A program made the position numbers and the translations under genes. A DNA stretch of 64,000 nucleotides from the NCBI GenBank assembly GCA_010909165.1, contig MU008166.1, positions 124,001 to 188,000 on the forward strand, given 5' to 3'. Of the stretch, positions 35,940 to 49,298 are shown in pieces. Below the pieces are notes generated by a model, which was not told the origin of the DNA, ran no database searches, and saw only the letters and a program-made list of their open reading frames with translations. The stretch is from Anthoceros angustus (taxonomy: Eukaryota > Plantae > Anthocerotophyta). How positions within the stretch are numbered: position 1 is the stretch's first letter; every line of letters starts with the position of its first letter.

Positions 35940-37166
35940 CTAAACCCATACAGCAAGCAAAGACATAGCTCCTGCCCCGCAAAACAAACCAAAGAATGAC
36001 AGCAATTGCAACTGGAAGTCGTTGCGAAGACGTTTGCTCAAAAAGTCCGCAGCAATCAAGTCTACCAAAGCCATGTAGGTCAGAATTCCTGCGGACATAG
36101 AGTCGAAGGTTCCCTGCACAATCAGGGCCTTTGGACTGTTCTCATTATACCCGTTTTCAATCCCAATTCCGATCGCTATTCCCAGTGGAGTGGTTATGGT
36201 GAAGAAGAACGCCATCACGTAAGACGACAACTTTTTGAAGGACGCCTGCAGAACCACATGGCAAGCAGCATTCGCGTTAGTTTCAGCACAGATCTGATAT
36301 CAGCATTGCGCTGTTGAGGGAAAAGGGCCTTATCTACCTGCGTGATGCAGCCTCCGAGAGCAAATCCTTCGAAGAACTGATGAAAGCAGAGCGCAGCCAA
36401 GAGCGGCTTGATTGTGCAGGGGCTGTTTGACACTCCCAAGGTTACTCCAATGATAACGGAATGAGCCACAATTCCCAGCTCCAGAACCTGCAAGGTAATG
36501 AATTCACGAGCCTCTGGGATCAAGCACCTTCCAGAGGAGAGCAACATCAGCAAAGCCTGGATTACTACCGGGAAGGAGGCACACCTGAGAGATCACCACA
36601 TGCCTGATCTGAGCCATTTTCGCTTCGTCCTCAGTCGTTCTCAAGTCGCCTACCTGATGATCATGGTCAGGGTGCGAATGCAGGCCCACTATGGCCAGGT
36701 TCTTGTTCACATCTCCAGATTCGCCTGCAATTGCTCCCTTCTCCACGTCCAGCTTGCACTGTTCTTGTCCATGTCCGTGTGCCCCCAAATGCTGCTTCTC
36801 ATAGTACTGAGTAGCCGCGAAATCAACAACGAGCGTCATAAGGGCTGCCGCCATAGCAATGAAGCCCGAAAAGGGAAATTTACTCCAAGGCTCCCCAGGC
36901 AAGCAGGGGTTCGACAGAGTTTCCATGGCATCAGGCAGCATGTGCACAAACGCCGTTGCCAGAATGACTCCGGCTGCAAAGGACTTGGTAACGAAGAAAA
37001 AATTCCCGTCTGGACTCAGAAACGAGAACCTGCTTCCAAATATGGGAATCAGCACCCCCAGACTACTGCTAACAAGTATGGCAGCAACAGCAGCTCCCTT
37101 GAGCAGCAGGGCAGAGTGCTTGTCCTTGCATTCCTCAAGCCCGATACCACAATCCACCTGAGCCAT
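35940..37166 (-). CDS. ZIP-family Zn/Fe transporter (exons 37166-36585, 36487-36338, 36245-35940; about 345 aa)
   Basis: [20 protein letters not shown], His-rich loop [48 protein letters not shown]. Two GT-AG introns; probable 5'-UTR intron (acceptor near 37176). Confidence 0.96.
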
Positions 37167-39373
37167 GACGGTACCTGTTCAACAAAGCAAGCATCACGCC
37201 CTCCATCAGCACAGACTTCAAATTACCACTCAAGCTCACCCAATTCGGCAGACGATTACCTACTATGTACTCAGCACCAGCTTCAACCCCTGAACTGAAA
37301 AGCAGCTCCCCACCTGCATCAACAAATGCAAACATTGAGGCACTGGCGAGCGAGGCAACATCTGCATTGGGCCTTCCCAATCATCCTAATGCTCAATGCA
37401 CATGCACCACACATAACTGCAAACCGGCAACTGGCATTACCAGAGAGAGGCACGACAGACCGAATCGCCATCTTCTCAGCACAAACCAGGCCTTCCAGGA
37501 CGCAATCCAGCCCCCGGACCGAAGTACACTCTCGACCCGGTACACAATCCTTCCTTCTCTACCAAACCCACAAATCTTTTTCCTCAAACCAATCCTCAAT
37601 CCGTTCTTGCAAAATTTGCGTCAACCAATCCAACACTCCGCGATCTCGGCACGAGACTCGCAATGCCACACGACACGAAACCGAACTCCTGTGCAACCAA
37701 AACAAAGCAAACAAACGAAACGGGCGGAATGGGGAGTCGGCGGGCGGGCGGAAAGAACTGATCCGAACAACGGGCGTGCAATCAAGCAAGGCCAATGCGG
37801 GAATCCGCAAGACGCACCTTAAGAAGGGCGAGCTGGAGAGGTGAGGCGAGCTGCGAAGTCACCGCTGGCCTGGCTGGCCGGCACCGACAGAGGCGGGATC
37901 TGGAGGCAGCACGTCCTGAAAAATGGCAACTGTTGCCATACGCCGAGGAGCGTGGAAGTAGTTCGGAAGCGGAGCCGTTGCCGCATGCTCTTATGAGGCG
38001 CCAGAGGGGAATAGGGGCGGCCGAGGTTCACGATCCGGCAAGCCCGGGAAGCCCGGAGAAGCATGAGGGAATCGGGCTTGATCTGGCGTCGTGAAGGGGC
38101 CTGGTCCTCCGGTCCGGCACGGATGTCGACACTTCGAATTGAAGTCCCGCGATCACGAAGCCAAGCGCCGCCGGAAGCGATCGAACCGCGCCCGGATTAG
38201 CACACCGGGTGTCGTCACTTCTCCACTCTGTCGACACCCACTACAATTTTTCTAACCCTTCTGTTACTTTCACTTGTACTCACTTTCTCCCACTGCCTTT
38301 CACCCCGTCCGACATGGCCGTGGGTGAGACGTGTGGTTTCGGTTTCTTTCCCACCATCGTCACAAGCCCCCAAAAATCCACTCTCAAGATGCCCACAGGG
38401 CACCTCTCAGACAGAGTGTGGTATGTTTCACCCGGTTTATCACCAGCCACTGGATTGGGGGTCTTTGGAAATGGGAAATCCTGTGTACGGGACGTCCCAT
38501 TAGGGTACGGCACCTTCATCACAGCCTCCAAGATGAGGACCAAGGTACGCATGTTGTTTGTGGGGAATGGGGGAGGACCTGGTTTTGAAGGCTTCGGAGG
38601 GATCTGTCTACAATTCCAGAACCTTCAGTCATGCTCTTCCTCGACGATGTTCTTTTATCACCTCTTTCTGTTAGAAGTTTTGGGTTTGGTACAACATGGG
38701 TTTCTCTAGTAGGTCAGTGCGCATCAGCTAGAAGATAAGTCTAACTAAACAAGCTGCACACAATAACATCAAAACTCGGGAAGTATACACCCTAAGCACG
38801 CCTAGCTTGAACTCTAGAAAATTGTGACCACCACACACATCTTTATTTTTTGGCGATTAACCACTAGATTGAGGTAATATAAAAAAACATAAAAGGAAAG
38901 AGCTACCATACAAGATAAATACATAATAATATTGAATCTGTCACGGTTGGATCAGTCTTGAGCCTCAAATAATGCTTGTTCCTTTACTCCCATGTACGTC
39001 CTCCACCTTAGCCTGCCCTCTAGATTTGTTGATCAAGGGTACATTTGACATTACGTTATTTTTTACGAGTCGCAAGTAACTGTGTTTAACTCTGAGCCTC
39101 ACCTGTCCGTGAGCCCAAGGGTTTATTTAAGAATGAAGTGTTTAACTGTGGTGAGGTTGTCTGTAAGCCCAAGGGCTTATCTAAGAATGGGAGTGTTTGG
39201 CTGTGGGCCTCACCTATCCGTGAGCTCAAGGGCTTATGTAAAGAATGGGCTCTTGCGTCTGTGGCACAAGGAGCACTTAAAGCTATAGGACCATGAGTTT
39301 CAACACTTTCACGGCGCAAGACACATCTTCAGCCGCGACTGCTGAAGATGCATCCTCCACTAAGTTCAGTAAT

Positions 39374-39596
39374 ATGTAGGTCATTTAATCTACCTAATTA
39401 TGACATTGTAGGTGCTGTAGCTGATTTTAGACACAGAGCTTAGTTGCTATGTAGGTCATTCAATCTACCTAGTTATGACATTGTAGGTGCTGTAGCTGAT
39501 TTTAGACACAGAGCTTAGTTGCTATGTAGGTCATTCAATCTACCTAGTTATGACATTGTAGGTGCTATAGCTGATTTTAGACACAGAGCTTAGTTA
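39374..39596. repeat. 75-bp tandem repeat x3
   Basis: ATGTAGGTCATT.AATCTACCTA.TTATGACATTGTAGGTGCT... Confidence 0.95.
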
Positions 39597-40597
39597 ATCC
39601 TTCTTTACATGACCCTTGGGGTCTCCCTTCGATGTCTTTCAGTAGATGGGTTCACCATCTCCTCTTTCCTTAATAGAAACTATTTTTGTTTGAAGACACA
39701 GTGGTAGAACATAACATGGTTTGTATGTATAGGCTACATACGGTAAGCTTTTTAAATGCTTTTCATTGAACAAGAAGTAACATGGAATTTGGCCACATGG
39801 CACACCAGCAAGGAAGAGCTCACTTGCCTTGAGAGGTAGAGAATTCCGAGAAGAATGAGCACACCTCTATCTTCTATGGCATGCCTAAATGAATCGTATT
39901 CATAATAGTTACCATATTCAATTATAATAATAAAATTTGATGTTATATATATCCAATATATATTATTATTATACCTATCTTACAGAATCAGAAATATGTA
40001 CTACTTTTGAATAAGATTATAGCAAAGGTTTGAGTATGCTCGAATATAGAATTCAAGAATATAGCACTTTGTTCTAGGAAATGTTTGTTGAGCCATAGGT
40101 TGTTGGCCTTATGATATTGCGTCTTTGAGCTGACTATCAGGTGGATTTAAAGCGATAGAGTACTTTACAGTGAGCACTTATTATGCATGACATACATCTA
40201 CTAGTAATTAGTCTCAAAATCCTTAGGTTTTAATCAGTAAATTAAAGTGCTAAATTAGTTACAAGTTGAATGAAAGTCAACATTGATGTGAATGTTTTGA
40301 GTGAATAATTAGGCATTATAACAATTAATTTCAATGCTATCAATTAAAAGTGATGTGTTTAACTGGTGATTAATGTTGGTCTTGGGCTCTCATATAACAA
40401 TGTTAATTGCATTAAAAAATATCTTAGTAACTTGTAGGAAAAAGAGTTTATCATATTCAAAGTCTTCATAGTGATATCTAAATATCTAGTTCAGAAATCT
40501 CCTCTTTTAGATTGAATCACCTAACTTGACGAATTCAAAAATTATCTTATTGTTGAGTCACCTATATTTTTCAAAATCCATATACATAAAGACTCTG

Positions 40598-40696
40598 CTG
40601 AGGTTTCAGCCAGGAAACCTGTCAATGTGGGAGGAAACTTTTCTATGCCGAATGGAGTAATCTCCCACCTTGACAGATTTCCTTGCTGATGATCAG
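40598..40696. other. Imperfect hairpin (27-bp core stem, 28-nt loop)
   Basis: CAGCCAGGAAACCTGTCAATGTGGGAG (40607-40633) pairs with CTCCCACCTTGACAGATTTCCTTGCTG (40662-40688) with 3 mismatches. Confidence 0.8.
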
Positions 40697-42128
40697 ATTT
40701 GACTCAGATGTACCGTATTTGCCTATCAAGGATCCAAGATTGAAATAGTTTTCTTTACGACATCGATATTAAAATAACCACATCATGTAGGTACATATCA
40801 AAATCCATCCCAGAATACTACAAAGCGTTATTGTTTTCGTTCAACAAGACAACAATAATATATTTAATATGTGATGTTTTATTTTATTTTTTAGAATTTC
40901 TGAATATATGTGATAATGAAAATCTCATTAGTGTGAACAAAATCAAATCCTAGTTACCGTTCAAACCTATTTAAAAGTAGTGTTTTACACTTGTACTTTA
41001 TCTGAAAGTGTTCCATTTCTCAAGAATGTTGCAGAGGAAGTTCTACAGGGACATGAGGGTTACTTCTTCTGTGACATTTTTGGAAAATAGAATACCTACG
41101 GATGACAAATCACCCTTTCTAAGAAGGTGCAGTTTTATTCATCTATAATAAGAACATCAATCTATTTTCTTTAAGTTGAATACATGACTAAAATCGTCAC
41201 CCTAACCCAAAGAATTTTGCAAGAACTACAATACTATAACGTGATTTTGCACTAACAATCATAAATGAAAATTTAAATCTAGATGACATGGAAAAAAAGT
41301 GGTGAAAAGTCGAAAATGAGAAATTCGGGTGCCCTGCACGCAAACCGTTTTCACATATGGAAAAAAGAGACTTGAGTTAGAGACGGCCAACTTGCTTGCC
41401 ATGTGTGGGTGTGTGTAGCTTTGGTACATGTGTACGTGTGTGTAGCCTTGCCTTTGTGGGTTATGTAACGCAATGTAAAGAGTCTGGTCCATCCATCCGG
41501 CGATACGAATAGTGTTAGGACTATGTGGTAATGAGACATTGTCTGACAAAGTAACTTACCAAAGACATGGTAATTCAAGGTCCAATCTTTGCCAGTCTAT
41601 GTTTCTTCTGGAGGAACAAATGAAGAGCATGAGAAATTTAAGACACGGTATGCCTCGTCGCTGGCACATGTACACTATGTTGTATGGAATGTTAGATAAG
41701 AGGTTGTTAGATATGGGGTAGAAGGATATGGGGTTGTATCTAAGACATGGTGTCCCTCATTGCTAACACACCATGTTGCATGTAATGTTCAACACGAGAG
41801 TGTTAGATATCGGGTAAACATGTCTCGTGCTTGTCGATGTGCTCCTGAATGACACAAAGCAAGCACACTCCTTCACGACACCTAGTGGTCTCATATGAGG
41901 GAAATGATATTGGCTTATCTTTCTATAGTGAAGATTAACTTAATTATGTGGGCAGACTTTCTTTTTGTAGCTAACAACTATTTTCCTATATGGAATTCAT
42001 CTTCTTCTTTACTTGACAAGGATGTAGATTCTATATTTCAACTAACCTTATGGATAATTCAATGGGTAGGATACTGCAGTGCGGATAGCTTTAAGCATAC
42101 GATTATATAGCACCTTTGGATATGAACT

Positions 42129-42224
42129 ACGAGAAAATTACACTAAAAAGAATAACACCTATCGATAAATCTTACACGAGAAGATTACACTAAAAAGAAC
42201 AACACCTATCGATAAATCTTACAC
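42129..42224. repeat. 47-bp tandem duplication
   Basis: ACGAGAA.ATTACACTAAAAAGAA.AACACCTATCGATAAATCTTAC twice. Confidence 0.9.
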
Positions 42225-42855
42225 GCATGGTTCTCACAACCTTGTGAATACTTCATGTGAGCCGGTGGAGTTAGACGCTGCTCAATTTAGGTCAAGAGCA
42301 GACAAACTCTGATGTTTTTGGACAAACATTATGCCAACGCACTTGTTCGTGAGACACATCAGCAGTTTGGTGAAGGATAATGATCTTCACCCTAGGAGAG
42401 TGAGCAGAGAAGTAATCAACAAAGATAGATGCCCTTTTATTATGTAAATAAGAAGAAAGAATCCAAAGGAGCTCTACCAACTTTTGTGAGTTCCGAGAAA
42501 GAAACAAGGGATTCTAACACGGAATGCAAGAAGTGATCCCTTCTATAGCCTTGCTTCCCTATGTGTGATCAGGGTTTAGTTTCGTTGTCATATGCCTTTT
42601 CATTATGGTTTTCCAAGTAACTCTTTTGTAACTCTTATTCGATGTTAAAACTGGGCTTTTGGGTTCTCCAAGTAATTGTTTTGTAACGCTTATTAGATGT
42701 CTCAAACTGGGTTTTTGGAAAATGAAAAGAACCAATCTTTAATTCCCTTTTCAGACGGAGAACCCCCTTGAGGGAAGACGCTGTTCTTAGAGAAAACAAA
42801 GAGACATTGCAAAGCAGAGAACAGGTACGAGTTACATACAGGGAAGCACTTGCCA

Positions 42856-45594
42856 TCAGGGCTTGTGGAAAAACCACCACACTATCAGCACGAACACAAG
42901 TAGGCTGACGAGAAATACGAGGTGGTAAAAGAGGGGGCGCAGGAAGGGTCTTTGGTAGTGCAGGGTTTCCGACAGCGTCTTCAAGGAGTCCGAAAGCCAG
43001 AACTCTACTATGTTTTCGTGCAGGAAGAAGAGGTAGTCCTTGACCAGAGAGAGCATGATGGGTATGAGGAACAGAGAGGTAATCCCGACAAGAAGCGAGG
43101 TCTCCTGCTTCTGCACTGCGGTTGACATGAGGGAATATCCGGCCTGGAAGTAGGCCACCACCACGAAGATCAAGGCTATGGTGAACACGAAGGAAGTGAA
43201 TGCCACTCTGCGCCTGATTTTTGCTACCCCGTCGGCGATAAACGGCTCTTGCTTATAGCGCACAATCGGCAGGAGCATGTGGATCGCAGAGGCTACAGAC
43301 AAGATGGCGAAGGTGAAGGACAGCGTGTTAGATATGAGGAACACCTTGGCCACTCTCTGTTCCAACCTTGATGTGGTTGTGGCGAAGTGTTGCACTGCGA
43401 CGGGAGGCTGGATGATGCCGGTGAAGGCGACGCTGGCGATCATGGTCCCCCCTACCAGCACCGCGTTGGCCGCGTTCTGGAACAGATCGCGGTCCTTGAA
43501 GAGGCCTTCCACATACCTCTGCACGTCCTGATGCTTCATGAGCAGCTCCCGGATCTCTTCGGCTGCACTGTCTCCCGGTTTCTCCCATGCCAAGTCGAGC
43601 GGGGTCCTGTTTTGCCAGTTCTTCCTGTTGCCCCGCACCCTCGGCTGCGCGCAGAGCTCGTCCACAATCTCCAGCCTCTCCATGTGGACTGCCAGATGCA
43701 ACGGAGTTTCGCAGGGGTAGAGCATGCCCGGCCCTCCCAGGGTTACCGCGTTGAGATGTATTCCTGGCATTGCAATCAGCGCCTTGAGCACGGCAAGATG
43801 GCCCTTAGCTGCTGCGAAGTGGAGGGGAGTGCGGCCACCGATATCGGTGGCGTTCACATTGATCTTCGGGTAGGCCAGGAGCTCGGTGATGACCTCAAGA
43901 TGATCATTCTGTGCTGCAAGATGTAGAGCCGTGCTTTGCTCTCTGTAGCAGGAAATTTCGTATTGCGTCCAATACACTCTGCCGAGAGATGTGGCTTCGT
44001 ATCCCACGTCGTAGAGCTCAATGTAGAGGGATTCCCGCTTGTCTGGGAGGGAGAAGGAGTCGTGCACGCCTTTGAATCTCTCCAGCCAGTCCACCTCCTC
44101 GGTGTTCCAGTTGCCAGCGAAGGAATCCGTCAGCCTCGGCCGAGGCAGTGCCTCCCGGTAAACCATCTTCTCTTTGAGCTCTTCCCTTTGGATCCTGTCT
44201 TGCGGGCCGCCGATCTTGCATTCTGTGTCGGGAGGACAGTGAGGGTTTTCCAGCAGCAGCTTGACAGCCTGCGCGTATCCTCTCCATGCAGCCAGGTGCA
44301 GCGGGGTGAAGGACCGAACACAGTCCCTTATGTTGACATCGATGGTTTCCACCTGAAGCAACGCCTCCACAGCAGCAGGGTCTCCCGTCCGGCATGCATA
44401 GTGCAAGGGAGTCCTTCCGATGCAGTCTTCGGCATTGATGCAGCTTCTGCAGGCCTCTGTTGCTATAAGGAGCTGGAGTATGTCAGCGCGTCCTGCATCT
44501 GCTGCCAGATGGAAGGCTGTGAGCCTCTCTGCTGTCTGTGCTTCCACATCCACCTCAGGCCACGCCAAGAGCAGCTTCACCACTTCCAAATGGCCGCAGT
44601 ATACCGCCAAATGAAGAGGAGTGATTCCCGCTTTGGCCTTGGCATTCACATCCACCATGGTACCCTCAAATCCGTATTCACGGAGCCGCTGTACTATCTC
44701 TTGGAGCCCCCTCCTCGAGGCGATATGCAACAGGGTGCGCTCAAACCAGTCTTGCTCCTGCAGCGGATAAAGGTCTCCACAATGGTCCAAGATTACATTC
44801 ACTACAGGAGCATGGCTTCTGTCCGCGGCGAGATGCAGAGTAGGGATCTCGAGTTCTGGATGCAGGCTCAAATCAGCACCACCGATGAGCAATTGCTTCA
44901 CCACTGCAGCATGCCCCATTTTGGCTGCCTGATACAGCGCGGTCTGCTGCTTATAGTCTCTGGCATTGACGAACTCTGTTAGCCCCTGAGCTGCTGATCC
45001 GAGGTGTGCTTCGGCAGCAGCCAGAACGGCCATCACGGCATCAATGTGCCCCATTTTGGCTGCGTGATGGAGGGGAGTCCGCAGCTTCGCGTCCCTCCTA
45101 CTCAGCAGCTCTCCATCCACGTCTATGCCGGCGAGCACCACATTTACAGCATCTGCATTCCCCGACCTGCACGCTGTGTGCAACGGAGTGAACTCTCTGG
45201 CTGATGGCAAATGCGGTGGGGAGTCTCCTGCCCTGTCCGAGGCCACTCCCTGATGCTTAACAAGATGCCGGAGCCAATTATTCGCTTTCAACAGGGTAAG
45301 CTCCGAATTAGGACGCTCCCTCGAGCCTCCAGCTCTGGGCCAGCATGAAAGCGTCATCATAATAGTTTCCTTCAGCCCAGAAGTTGGACACCAGAAGGCA
45401 TCGGCTTCGGTCGCAAGCTCTCTAGGCAGGAGGCTCCTTTTATATAAGGACAGAGTGGAGGGGAAACAAACGGCTGCTACTTGTGGAATCGCAGGAGCTC
45501 TCATGAAACGGGAGATACCAGAGCCACGAGTTGGAAGCAAAAGGGCACATCTGAAGTCTTGTTCACATTGAAGTCTCTGGCACTGCCTGACCAA
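42856..45594 (-). CDS. Ankyrin-repeat protein with C-terminal PGG-like transmembrane domain (ACD6/ITN1-type), intronless
   Basis: About 13 TPLH-type ankyrin motifs, then FQNAANAVLVGGTMIASVAFTGIIQPP and several hydrophobic helices. The true start may be a downstream Met. Confidence 0.92.
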   Translation of the reverse strand: MVRQCQRLQCEQDFRCALLLPTRGSGISRFMRAPAIPQVAAVCFPSTLSLYKRSLLPRELATEADAFWCPTSGLKETIMMTLSCWPRAGGSRERPNSELTLLKANNWLRHLVKHQGVASDRAGDSPPHLPSAREFTPLHTACRSGNADAVNVVLAGIDVDGELLSRRDAKLRTPLHHAAKMGHIDAVMAVLAAAEAHLGSAAQGLTEFVNARDYKQQTALYQAAKMGHAAVVKQLLIGGADLSLHPELEIPTLHLAADRSHAPVVNVILDHCGDLYPLQEQDWFERTLLHIASRRGLQEIVQRLREYGFEGTMVDVNAKAKAGITPLHLAVYCGHLEVVKLLLAWPEVDVEAQTAERLTAFHLAADAGRADILQLLIATEACRSCINAEDCIGRTPLHYACRTGDPAAVEALLQVETIDVNIRDCVRSFTPLHLAAWRGYAQAVKLLLENPHCPPDTECKIGGPQDRIQREELKEKMVYREALPRPRLTDSFAGNWNTEEVDWLERFKGVHDSFSLPDKRESLYIELYDVGYEATSLGRVYWTQYEISCYREQSTALHLAAQNDHLEVITELLAYPKINVNATDIGGRTPLHFAAAKGHLAVLKALIAMPGIHLNAVTLGGPGMLYPCETPLHLAVHMERLEIVDELCAQPRVRGNRKNWQNRTPLDLAWEKPGDSAAEEIRELLMKHQDVQRYVEGLFKDRDLFQNAANAVLVGGTMIASVAFTGIIQPPVAVQHFATTTSRLEQRVAKVFLISNTLSFTFAILSVASAIHMLLPIVRYKQEPFIADGVAKIRRRVAFTSFVFTIALIFVVVAYFQAGYSLMSTAVQKQETSLLVGITSLFLIPIMLSLVKDYLFFLHENIVEFWLSDSLKTLSETLHYQRPFLRPLFYHLVFLVSLLVFVLIVWWFFHKP

Positions 45595-46749
45595 TTGACC
45601 CGTAAGCGCGTACGCACTGACTCTCGGATCAACAGGTGCAGTACATTGATAAAAGTTGCCTACAAATGCAAAATCGCTGAAGTGTTTCGTAAGGACTACT
45701 TTAGAGTCGCTTTTGCCCCTCTTGCAACGTGGTATCTGTCACGCATGTATTGGCCAAGAAAGAATATCTATCGCGGGTGCGTGCCATGAAACGCGGTGAA
45801 GTGTCCTTTCCCTCCGACCGTCCCTGTCAGATGGTAAACCCGGGCCCCGCTCAGACGCTATGAATGGCTCTGGCTCCGGGTGGGTAGGTGAAGCCGCGGT
45901 CGCGCATGGAAAATGTTGTGCAGAATAAAGCTAAACTTTTAAGTGGATCCTATAGGAAGGTGCGTACCGTACCCCCGAGGGCTGGTTCATATAGAATACC
46001 GATCTGGTCACGCGGCATCCACAGAAAGGGTTGTGGACAGAAAGAAATAGTTCTGCCGCATATGGCAGAACTATTTCGGTATATCGCGCATGACCACATC
46101 GGTCGGGCCTGCGGCCTCTCGGTGTACCCATGTCCTCAACCTACCCCATGATGCATACAAAGGTTTCATGACACACAAAAACTTTTCTTCTCTCCGGTTT
46201 AGGGTTGCATTCAGGGTCATTTGCATTGCTGCGCCATTGCGGCACTGGGCGCCGTATGTGAGTGTTGCGTTTGCGCTGCGCTTACCGTTTGCAATTGCGT
46301 TTGCGCTGCACTCATCGTCTGTGATTGCGGCGCGGCTGAGGGCATGTGCCCTTACGTGCAAGGCTGCAGTGTTTGGCACTAGCTGCATACAGGGCTGCAA
46401 CGTTTCCTAGACCTTCTGCCTATCGGGGTGCAGTTTCACATAGCACTAAGTACTCTGAAACAAGCTTGTACCAGAAGGACCAACGCAAGAAGGGCTTCCA
46501 TGAAAACAGTTGCACAGATACAAGGCTTGCACCCAAAAAAGTCTGCAGTGCACAAGTGTAAAGTTCAAAGGGCCCATCGACTATAATGCAACAGTTGATC
46601 CTGTCCACGCCCACGACGTGGCCCACCGCCGCAGTACTGGGCAAAGGCCCCCGCCCCGCACTCGCAGACAATGTCACAACGCCTGTCTGTGCCATACATA
46701 TCGGGGAGGAAGTCCATGCCCTCCAAGCCCTTCGCATAGGCATTGTCCC

Positions 46750-47422
46750 TCGCGACCTTCTCATTCCAGAGGTGTCTTGGTAGTCTCTGACGCGTAGAGT
46801 ACCTACGCTCAGGAACAGCGACTTCAAGTCTCGGGGGTGATGGAGGCGGTAAAGGAACGTCTAGAGCCGCTCCAACATGTATGTCCCCCAAATCCAGAGG
46901 CAGCTATCCTTGTGCATCATCTATGGGCTGATCATCTTCCCCCTCTCGAGCAGGAACCGGAAGAACCGGAACTGCTTGAGGTAAAGGAGCCATGGCAGGG
47001 ACAGGAATAGCACCAGCAGGAAAAGACGAAGGGCTTAAATCAAAGTGAACAGAAATGCCATCAGTAGAGCGGGGACTATTGTGGATAGAAGCTGCATCAT
47101 CATCCTCATCCAAAAGCGGACCAGAGGAGAGAATGCTAGCCTCGTCGAAAGTGACAGTCCGAGCATAAACAGGAGTCCGAGTAGCCATGTCAATCAACTT
47201 GTACGCCTTGCGATCCTCACCATAACCCACAAACACCAGCTTCCGTGCTCGGGAAGAAAGCTTATCACAGAGCTGGGAGGGGACATAGGCATAAGCAGGA
47301 GAGCCAAAGACGCGCAAATGGGTGATCAAAGGCTTGTACCGATGCCAGCACTCGAAAGGAGTACGGCCAACAACAGACTTGGTCAATAACCTATTCTTGA
47401 TGTATGCTGCCGTAGAGACTAC
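46750..47422 (-). mobile_element. Ty1/Copia integrase C-terminal fragment and linker
   Basis: VSTAAYIKNRL, TPFECW..KP.ITHLRVFGSPAYAYVP, KLVFVGYG..KAYKLID, ARTVTFDE. Confidence 0.9.
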
Positions 47423-49298
47423 CCCTACTAGAAAGGGCAGACTATGTTACAGTCGTTGTTGCAATTTTATGTTACACTTCTAACTTGCAACATGATTTGG
47501 AGGCTTGGTATTAAGTTTGTCATTTCTTTCTCCAAGTGGGCCTACCATCTTAACACGAACCTGCCCCTCTCTCCTACCACTTCACCCTCTTAACTACATC
47601 CCCTCTCTCATCCGCATTGTTTATGAATTCCCAAAATGCAATTGCAACATGACTGTAACAAGGACCCCTCTCTCTCTTCTCTCTCAGTCCTCATCTTTAT
47701 TACACCCCATTGGGAGTACAATTAGTTAATGTCTCTTCACAACTATTTGATAATGGTGCCCAAACCTGAATATCAAAGTAACATGCCCATTAACTGTCAC
47801 CTTTCCCTTCCACCTCACAAGGTCATAATTCCTTTATCAACCTTTTTTCTTCACCTTTATACGTATAGGTACCTACTTGTAGATATATTCTTCTGCATAT
47901 ATGATGTATATCGACGGATGTGTACATCACCACTAGATTATACAGTATTATTATTTACAGTACACAGATATCGTTTTCTCCACAGTCTTATGACTCACAC
48001 ATTCCGGCATGGTGTGCGTCTTTGTGTACTGAGTCCTCCGTTACCACTTGTTGTTGCAGTTGCAAAATCGTGTGGCTCAACCGGTTTCGAACATGCGACC
48101 ACTGACCCGTCACCATCTGCCTCCTCCACTCCACCAACACGAACCGCCTCTCTCTCCTACCACTTCACCCTCTTAACTACATCCCTCTCTCATCCGCATT
48201 GTTTATGAATTCCCAAAATGCAATTGCAACATGACCGTAATAAGGACCCTCTCTCTCTCTCTCGGTCCTCATCTTTATTACACCCCATTGGGAGTACAAT
48301 TAGTTAATGTCTCTTCACAACTATTTGATAATGGTGCCTGGACACGAATATCAAAGTAACATGCCCATTAATCACCTTTCCTTCCACCTCACAAGGTCAT
48401 AATTCCTTTATCAACCTTTTTCTTCACCTTTATACGTATAGGTACCTACTTGTAGATATATTCTTACGCATATGATGATGTATATCGACGGATGTATACA
48501 TCACCACTAGATTATAGAGTATTATTATTCACGATACACAGATATTGTTTTCTCCACAGTCTTATGACTCACACATTCCGGCATGGTGTGCGTCTTTGTG
48601 TACTGAGTCCTCCGTTACCACTTGTTGTTGCGGTTGCAAAATCGTGTGGCTCAACCGGTTTCTCAACATGCGACCACGACCCGTCACCATCTGCCTCCTC
48701 CACTCCACCAACACGAACTGCCTCTCTCTCCTACCACTTCACCCTCTTAACTACATCCCTCTCTCATCCGCATTGTTTATGAATTCCCAAAATGCAATTG
48801 CAACATGACCGTAATAAGGACCCTCTCTCTCTCTCTCGGTCCTCATCTTTATTACACCCCATTGGGAGTACAATTAGTTAATGTCTCTTCACAACTATTT
48901 GATAATGGTGCCTGGACACGAATATCAAAGTAACATGCCCATTAATCACCTTTCCCTTCCACCTCACAAGGTCATAATTCCTTTATCAACCTTTTTTCTT
49001 CACCTTTATACGTATAGGTACCTACTTGTAGATATATTCTTCTGCATATATGATGTATATCGACGGATGTATACATCACCACTAGATTATAGAGTATTAT
49101 TATTTACAGTACACAGATATTGTTTTCTCCCTGGTGCTGACCGCTTATACTGCACATTCCGGCATGGTGTGCGTCTTTGTGTACGAGTCCTCCGTTACCA
49201 CTTGTTGTTGCAGTTGCAAAATCGTGTGGCTCAACCGGTTTCGAACATGCGACCACTGACCCGTCACCATCTGCCTCCTCCACTCCACCAACACGAAC
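47423..49298 (+). mobile_element. CACTA-like element end (CCCTACTAGAAAGGGCA) with an internal ~580-bp triplication (47552, 48137, 48711)
   Basis: The first ~135 bp match 51713 onward. Three tandem units begin ACACGAAC..CCTCTCTCTCCTACCAC. Confidence 0.65.

Noticed and set aside
34112-39596. Short tandem arrays as CRISPR-like loci
   Set aside because: The units are contiguous without unique spacers, and the context is eukaryotic.
41000-41140. GHEGYFFCD resembling Gypsy RT (GHExYSFxDGFSGY)
   Set aside because: The match is too short and degenerate to call.
47423-47440. Helitron 3' end (CTAG on the minus strand)
   Set aside because: Identity between the two copies extends past CTAG to TAGGG and there is no consistent GC hairpin, which favours a TIR-type terminus.
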